From: a virus
Taxonomy: Duplodnaviria; Caudoviricetes
Reading direction: 5' to 3' (one strand)
Virus record (IMG/VR): IMGVR_UViG_3300012041_000053
Coordinates: 1-28,625 of that record
DNA: 28,625 bases
The position numbers and the translations under genes are program-made. Below, piece after piece: positions 25,811 to 28,625 of the stretch. Each line of letters opens with the position of its first letter. Positions within the stretch are counted from its first letter, which is position 1. The notes beneath the pieces were generated by a model. That model was not told the origin of the DNA, did not search any database, and worked only from the letters and a program-made list of their open reading frames with translations.

Positions 25811-28625
25811 ATGAATAATATAATCACAACAATACAACTTTTAGATAATACAAGTGGTTCAACTGCTTTTAATGGTATAGGTTATTTAGATATAACCGAA
25901 GATACTATATTACCTATTACTTATGCAATCGCTGATATTAGAGATATTAGTAAAAAAAGTGGTGCATTTAGTAAATCAATTAAGATTAAAGGTACTAAAA
26001 ATAATAATAAACTGTTAAATCATTATTTTTCAGTTAATACTGTTGCTGGTACATTTGATATTAATAGGGTGCAACCTTGTTTAGTAATTCAAAATGGTAT
26101 ATCAGTATTACAAAATGCAGTACTTCAATTAATATCAGTTGATAAAAAACAAATTGATAATCAAACTGATGAAGAAATTGAATATACTATTTTAGTTAAA
26201 GATAATACAAGTGATTTTTATACTATTATCAATAACAAATATATGACTGATATTAATTTGCAAATACCTAATGCAAGTTATAATGCAACAAATGTAGTTG
26301 CTTCATTTACGAATACTTGGTTAGATGGTTATAAATACCTTATGCCGTTCAATACTCCCGATGGTAGTACTGATAGTTCAAGTGGTAATGATAATAAGTT
26401 TAATTTGCAAGAATTTAAACCAGCAATTTATGCAAGACAATACTTTGATAAGATATTTATTGATGCTGGTTATAGATATAACTGGTCAAGTCAAAATGAT
26501 TCAACTATTCAATTTGATAAATTAATTATTCCATATAATAGTGATGAAATTAAACCCGATGATACTTTTCCAATATATACTACATTAGCACATAATGATT
26601 TTACTGGTGCTACAAGTACAATTAGAGTACAAGGTTTTTCACCAACACAAGGTACTATTAAATATGCAAGGGATTCAGTATTTAATAAATTAAGTATTAG
26701 TGCTGAAACACAAGATGATAATAGCAATTATGATGCTACTACTTCAACTTTTCAAATACCAACTACACCAGCTAATATTGATAATATTAAATATACGGTT
26801 ACATTTGGTTATCAAATGAGATTAATTAATTTAGATAGTGGAACGCTATTTTATAGAGCCTATGATTTAGGTGAGGGTTATTCTTTAAATGCTGATTTGT
26901 TATTAACTGCTGAACTTGATGTAAGTGGTGCAACTGGTACTAATAATATTCAAACTGTTAACACTTACTTTGCAAATAAAGATACTGCTTTTCCAGTTGG
27001 TACAACTAATTTGGCAAGTGCAAGTACTTATACTACTACATTTGAAATACCAGCAAAACAAGTATCATATACAAGTTTAACATTGGCAAATAGAATTAGG
27101 ATTGAAGTAAAAAACGCAAAGTATGGTGATTTAGTACCTACATTTGTTAAAGCTGGTAATGTTCAATCTTTATTATATAGAATTGAATTTGTTATTACTA
27201 ATGTAAATGTTAAAATTGATACAGTAACAAGTGGTGATTATGGTTATGGTTCATTATTAAACTTTAACAAGTTTTTACCTAAGAAATTGAAACAAAGTGA
27301 TTATATCAAAAGTATATTCACAATGTTTAATCTATATGCTGAAACTGATAAAGAAGATTTTAAATTAATTAATATATATCGTAGAGATGATTATTATGAT
27401 AATGGTGCATTAGTTGATTGGACTGATAAAATTGCTAAAGATGAAACACAACAACTATTATTTTTACCACAATTAGTTACTAAAAGACAAATTTTAACAT
27501 ATAAAGATGATGAAGATTTACCTAATGTTAACTATAAAAAAGCAACTAATGAAACTTATGGTCAATTAGAATACATATTTACTAATGAATATGTTAAAGA
27601 CGTAACGAGAACTGAATTGATATTTGCTCCTACTCCAATGTGTAATTCATTTGGTTTAGGTGCTGATTTACCTATGATTATTGGTAACGCTCCTACAAGT
27701 AATTTAAGGATTTTATATGATGGTGGTGTATATGATTGTAATAAATATGATATTATCAATTATGGTACTGGTTCAACTGCTAATACTTTAACTAATTTAA
27801 CTACTTATCCATTTTTATCACATTTTGATAGACCGAATAATCCTACATTTGACTTAAATTTTGGTCAATGTGATTTTTATTATCTATCAAATTTAAATAG
27901 CAATACCAATAACAACTTATTTAATTTACATTGGCGTAGAACGTTATCATTAATTAATAATGGTAATATGTTAACTGCTATGTTTAATTTAACTGAAAGG
28001 GATATTAACAATATGAAACTTAGTGATAAGATATTAGTTAATAATACTTGGTGGAATATAAATAGAGTAGTTGATTATGATGCTAATTCACATGAACCAA
28101 CTAAAGTAGAACTTATATCATTTGATGATTTTTCACAATTTCCATTTACTGAAAAAGTTAAACCTATCATAAATACATTTACACCTACAAGACAAAAAAC
28201 AATATGGGATTTTGGACACATTAGAGATTGGTTTAATAATGCTAATGGTGGTGAAACAGTTTGGCAACCTATAAATGGTAGGAATAATATTATATTTCCA
28301 AAAGCGGTTGCAAGTATTAACGGTAATAATAATATTGCTAATTTTGGTACAAGTACTATTAATGGTAATAGTAATGTAGTTAATGCTACTTCAACTGTAA
28401 TAGGTTCAAATAATATAGTTGATGGTGCTAATACAATTGTATTTGGTCAAAGAAATGTAGTTACTGATGATGCAACTAATTCATTTGTATTTGGTAATTT
28501 TCTAACTGCAACAACTGGTAATACTTTATTTACACAAAATATATCTATGCCGAGTGGTGGTACTATAAGTATTGGCGATACTACTTTTGGTGATAGAGAT
28601 TTTGATGTTCTTAATATGGAATTAT
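25811..28625 (+). CDS. Large tail/baseplate protein, 3'-truncated (>938 aa)
   Basis: ATG 25811 (MNNIITTIQLLDN...LPITYAIADIRDISKKSGAFSKSIKIKGTKNNN). Same frame is coding-like at the window end. It is absent from the ORF track, consistent with no stop. The last part has GxxN-I/V repeats like YadA-head/beta-roll adhesins. Confidence 0.8.
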   Translation, partial: MNNIITTIQLLDNTSGSTAFNGIGYLDITEDTILPITYAIADIRDISKKSGAFSKSIKIKGTKNNNKLLNHYFSVNTVAGTFDINRVQPCLVIQNGISVLQNAVLQLISVDKKQIDNQTDEEIEYTILVKDNTSDFYTIINNKYMTDINLQIPNASYNATNVVASFTNTWLDGYKYLMPFNTPDGSTDSSSGNDNKFNLQEFKPAIYARQYFDKIFIDAGYRYNWSSQNDSTIQFDKLIIPYNSDEIKPDDTFPIYTTLAHNDFTGATSTIRVQGFSPTQGTIKYARDSVFNKLSISAETQDDNSNYDATTSTFQIPTTPANIDNIKYTVTFGYQMRLINLDSGTLFYRAYDLGEGYSLNADLLLTAELDVSGATGTNNIQTVNTYFANKDTAFPVGTTNLASASTYTTTFEIPAKQVSYTSLTLANRIRIEVKNAKYGDLVPTFVKAGNVQSLLYRIEFVITNVNVKIDTVTSGDYGYGSLLNFNKFLPKKLKQSDYIKSIFTMFNLYAETDKEDFKLINIYRRDDYYDNGALVDWTDKIAKDETQQLLFLPQLVTKRQILTYKDDEDLPNVNYKKATNETYGQLEYIFTNEYVKDVTRTELIFAPTPMCNSFGLGADLPMIIGNAPTSNLRILYDGGVYDCNKYDIINYGTGSTANTLTNLTTYPFLSHFDRPNNPTFDLNFGQCDFYYLSNLNSNTNNNLFNLHWRRTLSLINNGNMLTAMFNLTERDINNMKLSDKILVNNTWWNINRVVDYDANSHEPTKVELISFDDFSQFPFTEKVKPIINTFTPTRQKTIWDFGHIRDWFNNANGGETVWQPINGRNNIIFPKAVASINGNNNIANFGTSTINGNSNVVNATSTVIGSNNIVDGANTIVFGQRNVVTDDATNSFVFGNFLTATTGNTLFTQNISMPSGGTISIGDTTFGDRDFDVLNMEL

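Noticed and set aside
2077-27759. Shadow ORFs (2077-, 4476+, 5277+, 6708+, 8944-, 10224-, 11390-, 11984-, 12971-, 15037-, 17115+, 19108-, 21342-, 23227-, 25189-, 26325+, 26509-, 27562-)
   Set aside because: All overlap better-supported genes in another frame or strand and look like codon-bias by-products.
28600-28625. Direct circular join of window end to start as one gene
   Set aside because: No terminal overlap, and joining creates an in-frame TAG (T+AG) and a frame mismatch, so sequence is missing between the ends.

Overview
About 28.6 kb of an AT-rich tailed dsDNA phage (Caudoviricetes), most likely infecting Bacteroidota (Flavobacterium-like). The host call rests on TTTG-N20-TAnnTTTG promoters, A-rich starts without Shine-Dalgarno, and a Gln-after-signal-peptide secreted protein. 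Both window ends cut through long virion ORFs. Order: two tail-fibre/adhesin genes, an inverted pair of chaperone-like genes, XkdF-type protease/scaffold, major capsid, tail tube, portal, adaptor, lysis region with GH24 endolysin, a leftward early arm with a sigma70 factor, an origin-like repeat tract and DUF6291-type initiator, PD-(D/E)XK nuclease, a second sigma-like regulator, TerS, TerL and two tail proteins. I recognised no integrase, repressor, DNA polymerase, tape measure, tRNA or CRISPR. Main unexplained signals: an AACAATATA motif before late genes, a [ST][GA]xT motif enriched in virion proteins, an ori-like tract outside and inverted to the initiator, a candidate small RNA, an antisense promoter in the lysis cassette, and avoidance of GATC, CAGR and GAAGG. 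All family assignments are from motif recognition by eye, not database searches.
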